Assembly (NCBI GenBank): GCA_964016885.1 | Contig: CAXHJY010000384.1 | Coordinates: 73,930-137,929 of the forward strand | From: Eledone cirrhosa | Lineage: Eukaryota | DNA length: 64,000 bases | Reading direction: 5' to 3' | Part shown: piece after piece, positions 1-12,595 of the stretch | How the letters are laid out: each line of letters starts with the position of its first letter | Position numbering within the stretch: position 1 is the stretch's first letter | Translations under genes and position numbers: made by a program | Notes under the pieces: generated by a model | Told to the model about the DNA's origin: nothing | Databases searched by the model: none | Seen by the model: only the letters and a program-made list of their open reading frames with translations

Positions 1-561
1 CAATCAGGATCATGTAAAAACTAACTTTCCAATGACAGTCACACAGTTGAATTCTGCTGCTTTTTGTTGGTATGGTACATATATAATGTTTATATTTATA
101 TATATTATCTTAGCACCTAAATGAATGAACAAGAAAATTGCTTTGTCTTGTTTATTATATTTTTAAAATTTTAGGAAAATAAACTAGAAACATATATTGG
201 TATTTTGATGGCAGATATGTCTAAAATAAACAAAAAGTTAAAAGTCCTGAAATGGTAACAATAAATCTATATATAGAATTTAAAAAATGAAATGTGTGAC
301 CTTTAAACTTTGTTGTAAAAATATTTTTAAAAATACATTTAAGTTGCTGACATCAATGCTTTGAAATTATGTATTTTTAGTCATACTTTACGATCATGAA
401 ATATGACAGGGGGTGTGAAATAAGATTCTTCTTCTTTCTTCAAAATAATGAACAAAAGAGGTGAAGGTACGCAACCTTAGAGTCCGACACTCACATTGAA
501 TGATTTTGATTTAGCACCATTTATCCAAACACAAATACTCAGGACCACAAGGAGCTGACCA

Positions 562-1938
562 TTGATTACATACTCCTGCAGAACAAGAGTATACCTCTTG
601 GCAATACTGCCGCAAAAACTGGCAATGGTCCTGCGTGGCGTGGGATGGATGCACAAATATTGCATATCCCGAGACCCCCAAAGAGAGACCAGAACAGAGC
701 AAACCTTGACAACTAGAACCTGCAACATCACAACCCTTACAAGTAAGAGGCAAGAACTAGTGGAGGAGATTAGATGCTACTGGCTAGATATAGTCGGGAT
801 TTCCTAAACAAAGTTCTGTGGCTCTGCTACTATAGATTTGGATGGAAAGTCTACTATTCAGGTGTGGTGCCAGAAATGACTGCACAGGCAGGAGTAGGGA
901 TACTCATAAGCCCTCAGCTGTCAGAATGTGTTATGGACTGGATCCATTTGGAGAGAGGATTTGCCTCTATCAGTTTAGGCTGAGAGATATGTCACTGTGG
1001 GTTGTGCAAGTTTATGCACCAAGCAAGGAGTTTGAATACAGGTCCTTCACAACAGCATTAGGTGTAGTTATGACTGAGTCATATATCCTGACAGAAGACT
1101 TCAATGCACCTGTTGGCACTGACCACCTGACATTGGAAGGAATGGCGACCCTGATCTATATACAGATATAGAGGCCTTACTAGACTTCTGTTCTAGTAAT
1201 GGACTCTCTATTATGAACACCTTCCAGCAGAGAGACATCCATAAATATACATAGTATAAGGGAAATCAGGGACAGAGATCAATAATTGATTTTGTTACTG
1301 CCTCTGATCTCTTTGATTCTGTGCTAGATGTTCATGTTAAGAGAGGGGCTGAACTGTCATCTGATCATCATCTAGTTATCTGCAACTTGACACTACCTAA
1401 AGCCAAAAAAGCCCCAAAACTGGTAGGTCCAGGGCCACCTACAGGATAAAGTGGGGAGCATTGGTGGATAAGGCAGTCAGGACCAGGTATGCAGATACTA
1501 TTGCATCCAAATTCAGAGAACTCCCTAAGCAAGCTGTGGATGTTGAGACAGAGTAGAGATGGTTCAGCTCAGCATTTTCTGCTTCAGCTGTTAAATGTTG
1601 CGGGTGAATGAGGATTAGTGTTGTGGTGCAGGATGGCAGTAGGACCTCTTGGTTCAATCAAGAGGTCAAAGATGCCATCAGAGCAAAGAAGAAGGCTTAT
1701 AAAGTTTGGCTTGGAAATAAGTCCTCCTCCTTGCACTGGATCCCTGGAAAGGCACTAAAGCAATGGCAATCAGAAGTGATAATCCCAATTTTTAAAAATG
1801 GAGTCAGAGAGGTTGTTCTAATTACAGAGGAATCTCCTTCTTAAGCCTCCCCAGTAAAGTCTATGCTAAATGTCTGGCAAAGAAATGCAGGGATATTGTC
1901 AAGTCTAAGCTAGCTGATGAACAGTGCAGTTTTCACTG
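562..1938 (+). mobile_element. Degenerate RTE-clade LINE ORF2 (AP endonuclease plus start of RT, internally deleted)
   Basis: Frameshifted pieces carry APE/RT motifs: TCNITTL..ELVEE..LDIVGIS, AGVGILI, VVQVYAP, EDFNAPVG, LLDFCSSNGLSIMNTF, SIIDFV, SSDHHLV, then IIPIFKNG and NYRGISLLSLPSKVYAKCL. Several stops. Confidence 0.9.
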
Positions 1939-3020
1939 AGATGAAACTTAAGAGTTTATAAAATATTTCTAACAGATATACCCATGATTATTCCAACTAG
2001 TTTCATGAAAACACTAGCTAGAAAAAACATTATCAGGCACTGTGGGATGTTAAATATTACCCTAATCATTTGATCTAATATATACCAGGTGAGAATTTAG
2101 ATAGGTTTACTGATATATTCAAACTTCTCAGAGCCAGCCAGACCTCATGCTAGCTTCACTCAAGTGTTTCTAATTGGGATTGGGGCTTATAATATCAATT
2201 ATGGCAACCATATTTTATATGGAGTACCAATCTCAAAATCCCATCTACTTTCACATGAATTCACCATCACCAAACACATTAATGTTCACAGCATTGAGCA
2301 TTTGTAACTATATCACATTTGTTAGTGTTTCTAATGCCTATGAGTGTCAATTAATTTTGAAAATTTGGAGGAATTTAATAAAATAACTAACCTTCTCATT
2401 AGCAAGCTGATGTTTGGAAGATTACTTCATAAAAATTTCTTAAATAAAACAATGGTGGAAGCTTTTAATATAATTATAAAATGGTTTCAAGCAGGTTAAT
2501 ATAAAAAGAGATATATAACCAACTATTTTAACTATCATTTTTACTACTACTACTACATTTTAAAAATACATTAGTCAATAGTGTCATAGTGCAAGTGTAG
2601 TCTCCAGAGAGAACATATGTGAATTCCAGGCATTTACTGATTGGTACCACAGAATATATAGCCTTCATGCATATACTCAATAGCCCCACACAACATATGT
2701 GCCATCTAACTAAAATAGCCATATCAGTAAGACTATGTTCCCCACCCTATATTCCAAATAAGTGCAATGTCAATATTTGCAGAGAAAGCTTTATAAACAG
2801 AATGAATGAAAAAATTCCCCATACGATAGCAATTATATTTAAATTTTATCATCCATACAGGTAGAAAAACACACACGTGCGCGCAAAATGAATTCAAGGC
2901 TAAAATATTGACTGCCAGTTCATGAGTTGTGTTCAAAGTTGTTTCAAGTGTTTATCATAATATTTAATTTGATAGGTCTCAGTTTACCTACCTGTGGAAG
3001 AACAGACATGTTCTCATATG

Positions 3021-3210
3021 TTTAACTCTTAACATTCTGTATTGTTAGCTACATTCTTGAAGAATACTAAACAGAACTATGACCGCATCACATTAAAATT
3101 GAAGCCTTTACTTTAATACAACAAACTTTTACTAACTGTCCATAAATACTATTAACAAACTTGTTTTTAGATATCTTTTACTAAATAATTACAGAATGTT
3201 AAGAGTTAAA
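3021..3210. mobile_element. MITE with TTAA-bounded terminal inverted repeats (piggyBac/Kolobok-like)
   Basis: TTTAACTCTTAACATTCTGTA (3021-3041) is the exact reverse complement of 3190-3210. Confidence 0.65.
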
Positions 3211-4794
3211 TTAAAAATTAAAAAAAACTAGTTTAACACCAACCCTATAGACACTTGTGATTCATGAAGAGATTAACTTTTAACAGAGACACACAGACAG
3301 TGTTAAGAGTAGAGAAAGTCCTAATAGTGGAACTAAAGTAACACAAATATGATTCAAGATTAAAAGCCATAAAACACAGATATGGATGTCAATTAGCCGG
3401 ATATGGACATATAGTGACCAAATGGTTTGCAACCAAAATCATTCTAACGCATTCTTTATTCATGCACGTGTATTGGTGATGGTGTATGTGTGTATGTATG
3501 GATAGACGTAGGTGTATATATTGTGTGTGATGTAGCTGTGTCCATGTGCGACCTTCACTTCATATGAAAGGTCATGGCAGTAGAAACCAATATTAGTTTT
3601 CTTGAAGCTAGACTTTAAGGTAAAAACCTATAAAAGTATCATTAAAAAAATGAACTTGTTTATGTGTTCAAGCCACCAATTAAACTGCTATTCACAATTT
3701 GACATGAAGTATTCTTTGTAACCACACAAATAATTTAAAGGAGAAACCTTTGCAACAACACCAGCAAGTACAATCTATCCTATATACAATATTTTTTTCA
3801 AGATTAGGCACAGATTTCTGCTTTTTTTTTTTTTTTTTTCTAAAGTGATTGGGTGGGAGATTTATCCCAAAAGGCCACCAAAGTTCATAATTTTAATGAG
3901 ACAAGGGAGCCTCTGTGTGGTCATTTGACCCACTAGAAACAGCAACCAGATTACACTATACTGTCTTAAATAAAGAAAAACATTTTAGATAATGTAATAC
4001 TAAATACCCCTATGGGATGTGTCATGGTTAAAATGCCTTTGATCATAGGTTTGTTTGATTAGGACTAACTCGAGAAAATAACAATAACAGCTACCTCATG
4101 TTAATTAGTATAAGATAAAGATAAACTTTTTTATTTATGAAATGAAGCAAAAGTAAAATTTGCCCCAAAGAATATTTAAAGACAAACATTTTATAAACAG
4201 TTTGAAAAACAAATTCTTATTTCCAAACTCCATTCAAATATTTGAAATATTTTATAATGACTAGCTGCCTTAAAATAGATACCTACAACGTCAGAGATAC
4301 AAACATGCCATGGCTATTTCATGACAGATTAAATTACACAATCACTTATCAATAAGTCTCAAGTTTTTCATAGCAAATCAGATCATTTTACTTATCCTGG
4401 TCAACTAATATGAACCACTCCCAAGTCAGTGAATGGAAGAACATATGATATTTGATACAAGACTTGAATCATAAAAACAAAATAAACTACATGATCAAAG
4501 GGAGTTATCAAATGGATACCACTGTGATGGGCTTGCTAACCATTTGTTCTGAGTTAATGCAGCAGATCTTGGTATAAACACATACACATGCACAAATATC
4601 TAAATCTCCACTGAGTGTTCCAGAAATATTAGTCTTATCTGATTGGATAATTATGAACACTCATTTAAAAATTGGGTTGATAACATTCTGAACAGAGCTT
4701 TTTGTGATGAGGTAACTGTAAATCTGCTAACTTTAGTTATTGATTTTTTTTTTTGAGAGAGAGAGAGAGATATATATAGCCTAGAGCTGATGGC

Positions 4795-4957
4795 AAATGA
4801 GGCATGGTTGAATGGTTAAGGAATTTGATTTCCATAATTAGGTCCTGGGTTCAATTCCAGTCAGTCATCTTGAGCAAGTGTCATTTACTATAGCCCCAAG
4901 TTGACCCTTGCCTTGTGGGTGAAATTGGGTTGATGGAAACTATTTGGAAGCCTGTCA
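4795..4957 (+). mobile_element. tRNA-derived SINE, CORE-like family (older relatives near 9010-9140, 13606-13710, 20210-20345, 31060-31160)
   Basis: A-box-like TGGTTGAATGGT, B-box GGTTCAATTCC, then CTTGAGCAAGTGTC..ACTATAGCCC..GCCTTGTG shared among copies. Confidence 0.7.
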
Positions 4958-6454
4958 GACAGGCTGAACCAGACTTGTCCTATTGAATCTTCCTAAGAAT
5001 TATGTTAAGGATACATGTGTCTGTGAAATTATCAGCCACTTTCACATTAATTTCACATTCAAAAGTTAGGGTGAATGCTGAAAAAGTTATATTAATATTT
5101 CATTAGAAGTAGGATAGTAGAGCTAACACAGAAGGGAAACATATTCATAGTTGAGAAAATATAAGTAGATTTTTAGGTTGAATGACAAGTTCTTCAGCCT
5201 GGAAATCACCATACCTACAGAAAATGATAGCTGAATATAGACAGCAACTATGTAATAAGAAACAAAAACATTTGAATTAATCTCTTTCTTGCTTACCACT
5301 GTCATTGACCTCAATGAAGAAATTACTGGAACATAAGATAGATTATTTTCATAAAACACTACATGAATGGATATGAAATAATAGTGTTGGTATATATTAA
5401 AAGTCACGACATAATAATCTGAAATAATCTCGGTTTACAACAATAATGTTAGCTTCAGTAATATTAGCTCCACACACATTACTTTCTCATGCTAAGTCTG
5501 CAGTCTGTAGTCAGTGTTTCTCAGATCATCTCTCTAAATCAGTAATCTTTTACATCAGATCTAAATACTACCCAAGTCTTTGTCTACCCAGGGTAGCATT
5601 AATCACTACCATCATCTATTTTCCTCTATTAAGTACACTGCAACCAAACACCTTCACCCTATATAAAAAGATGTTTATTTTATCAGACAGTTGCAACTTA
5701 CAGCATCAGTGGAGAACTCAACTATCAGCTGTGTTCCATCACCAGCATTGTATTCTTTGATATCAAGTGCTAGGTGGACTAAGCCTGCAAGAACTGCCAA
5801 TATATACTATTAAGTGGAAAAATATGACTAGCTTCAAATTATTAGGTTCAAAACTATCCCCAAATATGGATGGGAGAAGAAAAAACCCTAACATATTTTC
5901 TTCAACTTATGGAGAAGTACCAAACTCGCCACTGTAACAATACAGCAAAAAAATGACAACCTTTTCTGTGTGTTGACCTCATCTTCAGATCTTGATATAA
6001 AACAATGTTTTATATAATTTTCCTTGAATATGTATGGACTGAGATTGAACTCACATGCCCTTATTTCATGCAAAATTACATTTATTCACTAGATCCCAAA
6101 TAGTGCTTTTACAAAAAAATAAAAAAAAGTTTTCCAGCTGAAACATTTACCATTGAGTATTAATGGTAATACTCTATAGTAATTATCATTTATGTAAACA
6201 CTAAATGTGGTTTATCAATGATGCTTACCACTTCACTGCAATGTAAACTAACTAAAGTATCTGTCAACAGAGATCTACTACTAGCTTTCATAGTACTCTC
6301 TTTACTACACTGTAAACTGTCACCATTGCTCTAGTACAAAGCTTTCCAAACATTTCACATTGGTGACAGATTTTTTTTTTTTTTGTGATACACAAAAAGT
6401 TTTGTTAGTGACATGAAGTAAATAGAAGGAAAGAAAGGGAGGACCACATTGATC

Positions 6455-6705
6455 ATGGTTTACCATGGGTTGCACTTAGAAAGTTCTTCTCCAAAGCACA
6501 AACCTAGAGAAGATGATTTTTGTGGAAGAACAGCAGTTGCCCATGCAAACCAGTCTCCTCTCTCTATGCCACTGATGTCCAAGAGAAAGGCAAAGGCTGA
6601 TAAAGCATGGCATCAGTGATGCTGCAACTCATTTTATCCAGCTGAGTAAACTGAAGCAAGATGAAATAAAGCATCCTGCTCAAAGACACAATGCATCAGG
6701 GAATC
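6455..6705 (-). mobile_element. SINE-like repeat, third family (relatives at 9351-9425, 37420-37580, 51240-51387)
   Basis: Shared GAGTAAACTG(G/A)AGCAA..TGAAATAAAG..TCTTGCTCAA. The 51300-51387 copy shows a reverse B-box (GGAAATCGAACTC) and A-box. Confidence 0.6.
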
Positions 6706-7602
6706 AGAGAGGAATGAATGTTGAGTCTTAGAGTTAAGTTCACAGCCAAATATTTGTAAAAGAAATATCAGATTTGACAATCTTTTCATTACTATATTTC
6801 TAATGAAAAACAGTGTACGATTTTCATATAATTTTGAAAATAATCAAAAACTTCAGCAGATTTAGTAATATAACTAAATTCGTCATTATTAGTCTAGGTT
6901 TTTTTTTTACATAAAATTATGATTGAAGGATTTTAGATAAAGATGGACATTTTAAAACAAATAACTTTTTATCATGGAACTAAGGAGTTCCAGACAGTTT
7001 GATATGAAATGGGTTAATTTCATGACAGTTTGGAAAACTCTGGTGTAATAGCACCCATGGAGTGCAGTGTTGTTCAACAGCACTGAGACATGAATGAAAA
7101 GGTAGTAAATACAACTACAGATGACAATCAAAAAGTGTTGCATTTCAAGATTTAAACACACTAAGTGATAGCAATATCATGGCAATGATGTTAGTTGTTT
7201 TGTCTGACCTTTATAAAACATAAAGCATCTTAAAACTTGCATGCCACTCAACCCTGTCAGCTGCCCCAGGATAACAACGTAAAAGTCAATTCCTATTGAC
7301 ATTTTGTATGATACTCTGAACTAGTTTGTGCCAATAAATTTGACTATTTTAATAGTAGCACTGTGGGAACAAGTGTGAGGGGGAAGTACATTTTCTGTGG
7401 CATTGAACATCATTCTATTGTAGCAAAAATAATAATTTTAAAATATCAATATAGGGCATTTAAAATTATTAATAAGTTAGAAAATAACTTTTTGTGATGG
7501 CTTAATTTATCAAAAGCAAATTCCTTAATTAAATATAATGAAAACTTACTATCTATAATCATTAGCACCCATTAGTAGTTGATGGAAGAGAGAGGAATAT
7601 AA

Positions 7603-7753
7603 ATAATTGTTTCTACTTTAGGCACAAGGCCAGCAACTACCCAGTACATTACTGGTACTTTATTTTATCGACCCCGTAAGGATGAAAGGCAAAGTTAACC
7701 TCGGCGGGATTTGAACTCAGACTGTAAAGGGACGTAACTATGCTAGAAAGCAT
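7603..7753 (-). mobile_element. tRNA-derived SINE (Meta-domain-like family), 5'-truncated, with target-site duplication
   Basis: Minus strand has B-box GAGTTCAAATCCC and GCCTTTCATCCTTACGGGGTCGATAAAATAAAGTACCAG. The flanking direct repeat AGAGAGGAATATAAATAAT occurs at 7589-7607 and 7754-7772. Confidence 0.85.
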
Positions 7754-8334
7754 AGAGAGGAATATAAATAATGAATTGCAGAAGGTGATAGGAACAAAGC
7801 CAGTGATGAATGGTGTGAAGAGAAATGGCTGGATCATGTGTTGAAGAAGGATGAAAGTGAAATGACTGCATGAAAGGAAGATGGGAGTAGAGCTAGTGAT
7901 GAATAGTGTGAAGAGAAATGGAATGAGTTGGCTGGATCATGTGTTGAAGAAAGATGAAAGTAACTGAGTGAGAGTGATAGAAATGAAAACCAACGGGTTG
8001 ATAAAGGAGGGTGATGTAAATAATTCAGCAAACTGGAGAGGTTAACCCCTGTTTTAGCAATGGAAATATCCTTAAAAAGCTTGTTGTGTTGTAGTAGTTA
8101 GTGATACTTTGTAAAAGTTCCAAGCTAAACATGCCACCAAATTTGTCAGTAATGCCAGCATATCATGTATGATAGGCAGATTAATAACTGTTACAAGGTT
8201 AAACATACGGAAAGCTGCAGTAGTAGAAATCCTTTCATTCTATGCCAATATGGAAAAACAGAAATAAAAGTCAATGAAGATTATGATGCCTGAAAGGGCT
8301 TTATTTGGTGTTATTGTTTGAGTTCAAAGGGCAG

Positions 8335-8545
8335 TAGATTAGCTGCATCAGTAGAGGGTCAGATAACATGCTTTGTAGCATATAGTTAAGTCCCTTTACA
8401 TTCTGAGTTCATATCCCGCTGAGGTTAGCTTTGATTTTTATCCTTATGGTGTTGATAAAATATAGTACCAGTAATGCTCTGGATCGATTTGTTTGACTTT
8501 CCCTTCGCCAAAAATTGTTAGCCTTGTGCCTAAATCAGAAACCAC
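8335..8545 (+). mobile_element. Older copy of the same SINE family
   Basis: GAGTTCATATCCCGCTGAGG..ATCCTTATGGTGTTGATAAAA..GCCTTGTGCCTAAA. Confidence 0.75.
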
Positions 8546-8607
8546 TGAGTTCAAATTCAGCCATGGTCAACTTTATTTTATTATCTGTAGAAAGATAAAA
8601 TGGAACC

Positions 8608-8860
8608 TTATGATTGCAAAACAAATTTGATAATCATTCAAATAATTATTTATAACATAGGCACAGGGCTAGCAATTTGGGAGAAATAGAAGTCGATTGA
8701 CACCAGTATTTGACTGGTACTTTATTTTATTATCCGTAGAAAGATAAAATGCAAAGTACCAGTCAATATAATCGACTTCTATTTCTCCCAAATTGCTAGC
8801 CCTGTGCCAATGTTAGAAATAATTATTTGAATGATTATCAAATTTGTTTTGCAATCATAA
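8608..8860. repeat. Long inverted repeat (arms ~120 bp, short loop) built from a SINE 3' end and its flank
   Basis: 8608-8730 is the reverse complement of 8744-8860 apart from a few mismatches and small indels. Confidence 0.9.
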
Positions 8861-9159
8861 AGCTCCAGGCTCAGTCACACTATCTAGCCCCTAGGAATTA
8901 AGTGCTTCAGATCAACTCAAGTCTTGTGAATAACACTGAGTTGGGGGAAATTGGTTGGGGGCTTATTATGTGGACTGTATCTATAATTTTACCATAGCCC
9001 TGGGTCGTGGCTGTGGTACAAGGCACTTAATAGGTGCAGGCAATCATAGGGTTCAGTGGCATCTTGGACTATAGCCTTGGATTGATCAATGCCTTGTGAA
9101 TGGAATTTGGTATATAGAGATGAGATTATGGAAGATAGTCATTCATATATATATATATA

Positions 9160-9330
9160 ATCATCATTTCATTTTACGTCTGCTTTTTCCCTGCTTGCAA
9201 GGGTGGGACGGGAACTGATTCCGGCTTGATTTCTACAGCTGGATGCCCTTCCTAACACCAACCTCATTTACAGTGAGTGCTGGGTGCTTTTTTGCCGTGG
9301 CACCTCCACGACCACTTTACAGTGGAATGA
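9160..9330 (-). mobile_element. RTE LINE 3' UTR fragment (relatives at 13167-13410, 13495-13550, 17120-17411, 48135-48200)
   Basis: TTTCTACAGCTGGATGCCCTTCCTAACACCAACC with a (CAT)n end. Same motif as the 3' UTR of the RTE at 53061-53400. Confidence 0.75.
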
Positions 9331-9350
9331 TATGGACCTCAGTCCCTATC

Positions 9351-9479
9351 ATCTCATTTCTATAGCTGAGTAAACTGGAGCAATGTGAAATAAAGTGTCT
9401 TGTTCAAAGAAACGGCACTTCACCCGGAGCAAGAGACTTTATTTCACATTGCTCCAGTTTACTCAGCTGTAGAAATGAG

Positions 9480-9481
<2 letters not shown>
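9351..9481. repeat. Fold-back hairpin, ~55-bp stem, ~21-nt loop
   Basis: 9351-9405 pairs with 9427-9481 with three mismatches. Confidence 0.9.
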
Positions 9482-9520
<39 letters not shown>

Positions 9521-9719
9521 CCATATGTGTGTCTGTGAGAATGGGTGTGTATATCTGTGGGTGCATGGATGTGTATGTTCATGTGTGCATGGGTGTCCAT
9601 GTCCATGACTGTGTGTGTGTGTTTGTACCTTTGAAAACAAACAGATTGTTGAAGCTGCTTTTGCTTGTAGTCCAGGAAAGTCAACTGGATGAGCTTCACA
9701 AAAACTTGATATCTCTTAA

Positions 9720-10440
9720 AGATCAATTATAAGAATGTTACACAATGCTAACTTAAGACCATATCGTCCATTCTTGCTCCCCTCATTGAATGAAGATGAT
9801 TATGACTTGTGTAGGGTTCTGTCAGATATTCCAGTAACCCTTGTTTGGAGGATGCCACTTTCCCAGAAAAGATCATTTGGAGAGATGAGACAACTTTTAA
9901 ATTGAACAGCCAAGTCAACCGGCATAATTCTAGTTACTGGGCAAGTGAAAATCTGCATCTAGTCCTCAAGAAGGAAGTCAACACTATCAGTGTCACAGTT
10001 TGGATCAGGATTTGCTTCAGATCTGATTGGGCTGATTTTTTTTCGAAGGAATTGTAACAGGTAACAACAATGTGGTAATGATCAACAATGAATTACAGCC
10101 AAATTTTACAAAATGTGGTTCCAGCAAGATGGTACAACTCATTACAGCATCATTGCGTGCAACTGGCTTGATGAACTTTCCATGCAGATGGATCAGACAC
10201 CATGGTCCTATCGAGTATCCTCCTTGATCTCCTGATCTTTCACCTCTTGACATTTTTTTCTTTTGAGTGTACTAAAGAATTCAGTCTATGCTGAAAAACA
10301 GAGAAGTGTTCAGGAGCTTAAAGCAAAGATAGTGAATATTTATGTGGAAATCAATGTTGACTTGTGTTGATGTCTATGTTATTCTGTTCTTGATAGAACT
10401 TCAAAATGTATTGAGGAATGGAGTCAGCTTCACAAACAAT
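9720..10440 (+). mobile_element. Tc1/mariner-superfamily transposase relic (maT/DD37D-like)
   Basis: LRPYRP, IIWRDETTFKLNSQVNRHNSSYWASEN, WFQQDG, YPP*SPDLSPLD, LKNSVY. Frameshifts and stops. Confidence 0.88.
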
Positions 10441-10481
10441 TACTTTAATTATATAATAATAATAATAATAATAATAATTGT

Positions 10482-10665
10482 TTCTACGTTAGGCACAAGG
10501 CCAGCAATTACCCAGTGTGTTTCTGGTACTTTATTTTATCGACCCCATAAGGATGAAAGGCAAAGTTAACCTCGGCGGGATTCGAACTCAGAATGGCAAG
10601 GGCCGTAACTCTATGCATCAAAGCATAGCGTCCGACCCTCTACCGACACTGCCAATCCACCGTCT
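10482..10665 (-). mobile_element. Full-length Meta-like tRNA SINE embedded in (TAA)n
   Basis: A-box (GGATTGGCAGTGTCGGTAG), B-box (GAGTTCGAATCCC), core domain, and TAA repeats on both sides. Confidence 0.88.
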
Positions 10666-11812
10666 CATAATAATAATGAAATAGTGTGTACAGTGCTCAG
10701 GTGCACTACAACTCATCAAAAAATGTATGTACAGTACATAGGGTAATGTACAGTACATAGGGTAATGTACAAACATCATATTTTTTAAACTATTTTTGTT
10801 TGATGTAGGACCAGAATTTTAGTAAATATCATCATTTGGAATATGAAAATTGGACAAACACACACACATATATTTATCATCATTATCATTTAACATTGAT
10901 TTTCATGCTCTTTCCTTTTAACACTATCATTACCATATTTCTAACATAAGACACTGCCTATAGTTTTCAATTAATTTGGAAAATTATCAAGAATTTTGAG
11001 GGATTTAGTAATATGACTAACATCCTCATTCAGTTGATACTTGGAACATAACTTAAGGATTTTTACATAGAATTGACAGAAGATTTTTAGATAAATATAA
11101 ACACTTTAAAATGAATGGCTTCAGGCAGTTGGTATCAAAAGGGATTTTTAATTATTTTTATTTCTATTGAGATGAATGTTGGTAAGATATGATGAACCCA
11201 GTTCCAAATTACGTATTATCAAGCAAGCATGACTAATTGACAATCCATTAGTTTACTACTTTTCCCTTTGAAGAAGTAGAGTAGATTTCGAGTTATTAGG
11301 GAGAACCCAAAACACGCACACACACACACAAATACAGTTATTTATTGAGAACTGTAGTAGAGATAGAGATATGTTTGCGAAAAGTTTAGATAAAAATTGT
11401 TACAAAAACATGAATTTATGAAGAGATAAATTTAATGAATTCCTCTAGACGTAATGTAAATATTTAATTTATATTATCAGAGATTATTGATCAAGGTGGA
11501 GAAGAAAATTAAATACTAAGGCTTTAACTTGTAATATATGATTTGATAAAATTATACTGAGAAGACTAAAAGTCATTTTATTACCAAGATGTCAGTCCAT
11601 AGATTATCAGACAAATATTATGAATGTTCTGTGTATAACCTTGAGAGGTACAGAGTTCAATATACTGAAGCAGCTGCTAGCCACTTTTTTTTCGTTTATA
11701 GGGATATTTTACCCAATTTTCAGGTAAACTGTTAACAGTCATTTTCTGTATTTGAGATTGTCTACATTTTCTAAGAATTTCAATTCACCCAACACTGATT
11801 ATTTACAAATGA

Positions 11813-11813
<1 letters not shown>

Positions 11814-11856
<43 letters not shown>

Positions 11857-12080
11857 CAAGATTAAAGTATCAACTATAATCTTGCCTGAATGCATTATGT
11901 GTATATATGTATGTATATATATATGTGCCTGTATGTATATGTATATATATGTGTGTGTATGTATATATGTGCGTGTATGTATATATGTGCGTGTATGTAT
12001 ATATATATATATGTGTGTGTATGTATATATATATATTATCTATATACATACATGCATACACATATATATATACATACACA
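11814..12080. repeat. (TA)n/(TG)n compound microsatellite
   Basis: Direct reading. Confidence 0.9.
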
Positions 12081-12171
12081 ACCACTCCCTAACCATAAAA
12101 AAATAATTCTATGAAGAAAATTTACAATTGGATAAGTAATGTATATACATACCCTTATATGAACAAACCAC

Positions 12172-12259
12172 ACCCCTGATGACAGCCAGTAAACCGCCAA
12201 GCCCTTTGGCAAACAGTCTGGAACTAGTTGTTGAAATGGTAAGTGCTCAGCCGTTGGGT
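12172..12259 (+). ncRNA. Degenerate type I hammerhead ribozyme motif (family shared with 20711-20805 and 46776-46850)
   Basis: ACCC-CTGATGA-CAGC...GTTGTT-GAAA-TGGT(aagtgctca)GCCG-TT-GGGT. Stems I and III pair; stem II is out of register by 2 nt. Confidence 0.55.
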
Positions 12260-12269
12260 CCCAACTCTT

Positions 12270-12317
<48 letters not shown>

Positions 12318-12515
12318 TATGTTGGATGGTTTAACTAATAGGTAGATCTAGTCATTCTGATAGGCAGACCGTGATGCAATAAGGAAAAGCACTCAACGTT
12401 ATGCGAGACTCTCCGTCATAGTGATCGTATCATTAGCCAGGCTGCTTCCGTATCAATCCTTTGTTTATATTTTGCTATAACCCAGTAGGGATTACTAAAT
12501 TAAATCTTTTATGCT

Positions 12516-12595
12516 AATTACACCTGATGATGTCGATTGTCTTGCTTCATGGTCTAATGATGTAAGTTAGCCATAAAAATATGTATTGTGTAATT
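12516..12595 (+). ncRNA. Hammerhead ribozyme relic
   Basis: Perfect 8-bp stem I AATTACAC/GTGTAATT encloses CTGATGA...AAAA (GAAA mutated) and a quasi-palindromic stem III ATATGTAT. Stem II is diverged. Confidence 0.6.

Noticed and set aside
4800-4862. tRNA gene (also at other A/B-box sites)
   Set aside because: These are SINE heads: there is no cloverleaf acceptor stem and each continues into a repeat body.
11636-11682. Possible hammerhead relic (TTGAGA..GAAG-CAGCTG)
   Set aside because: Too many core mismatches and no stem I.
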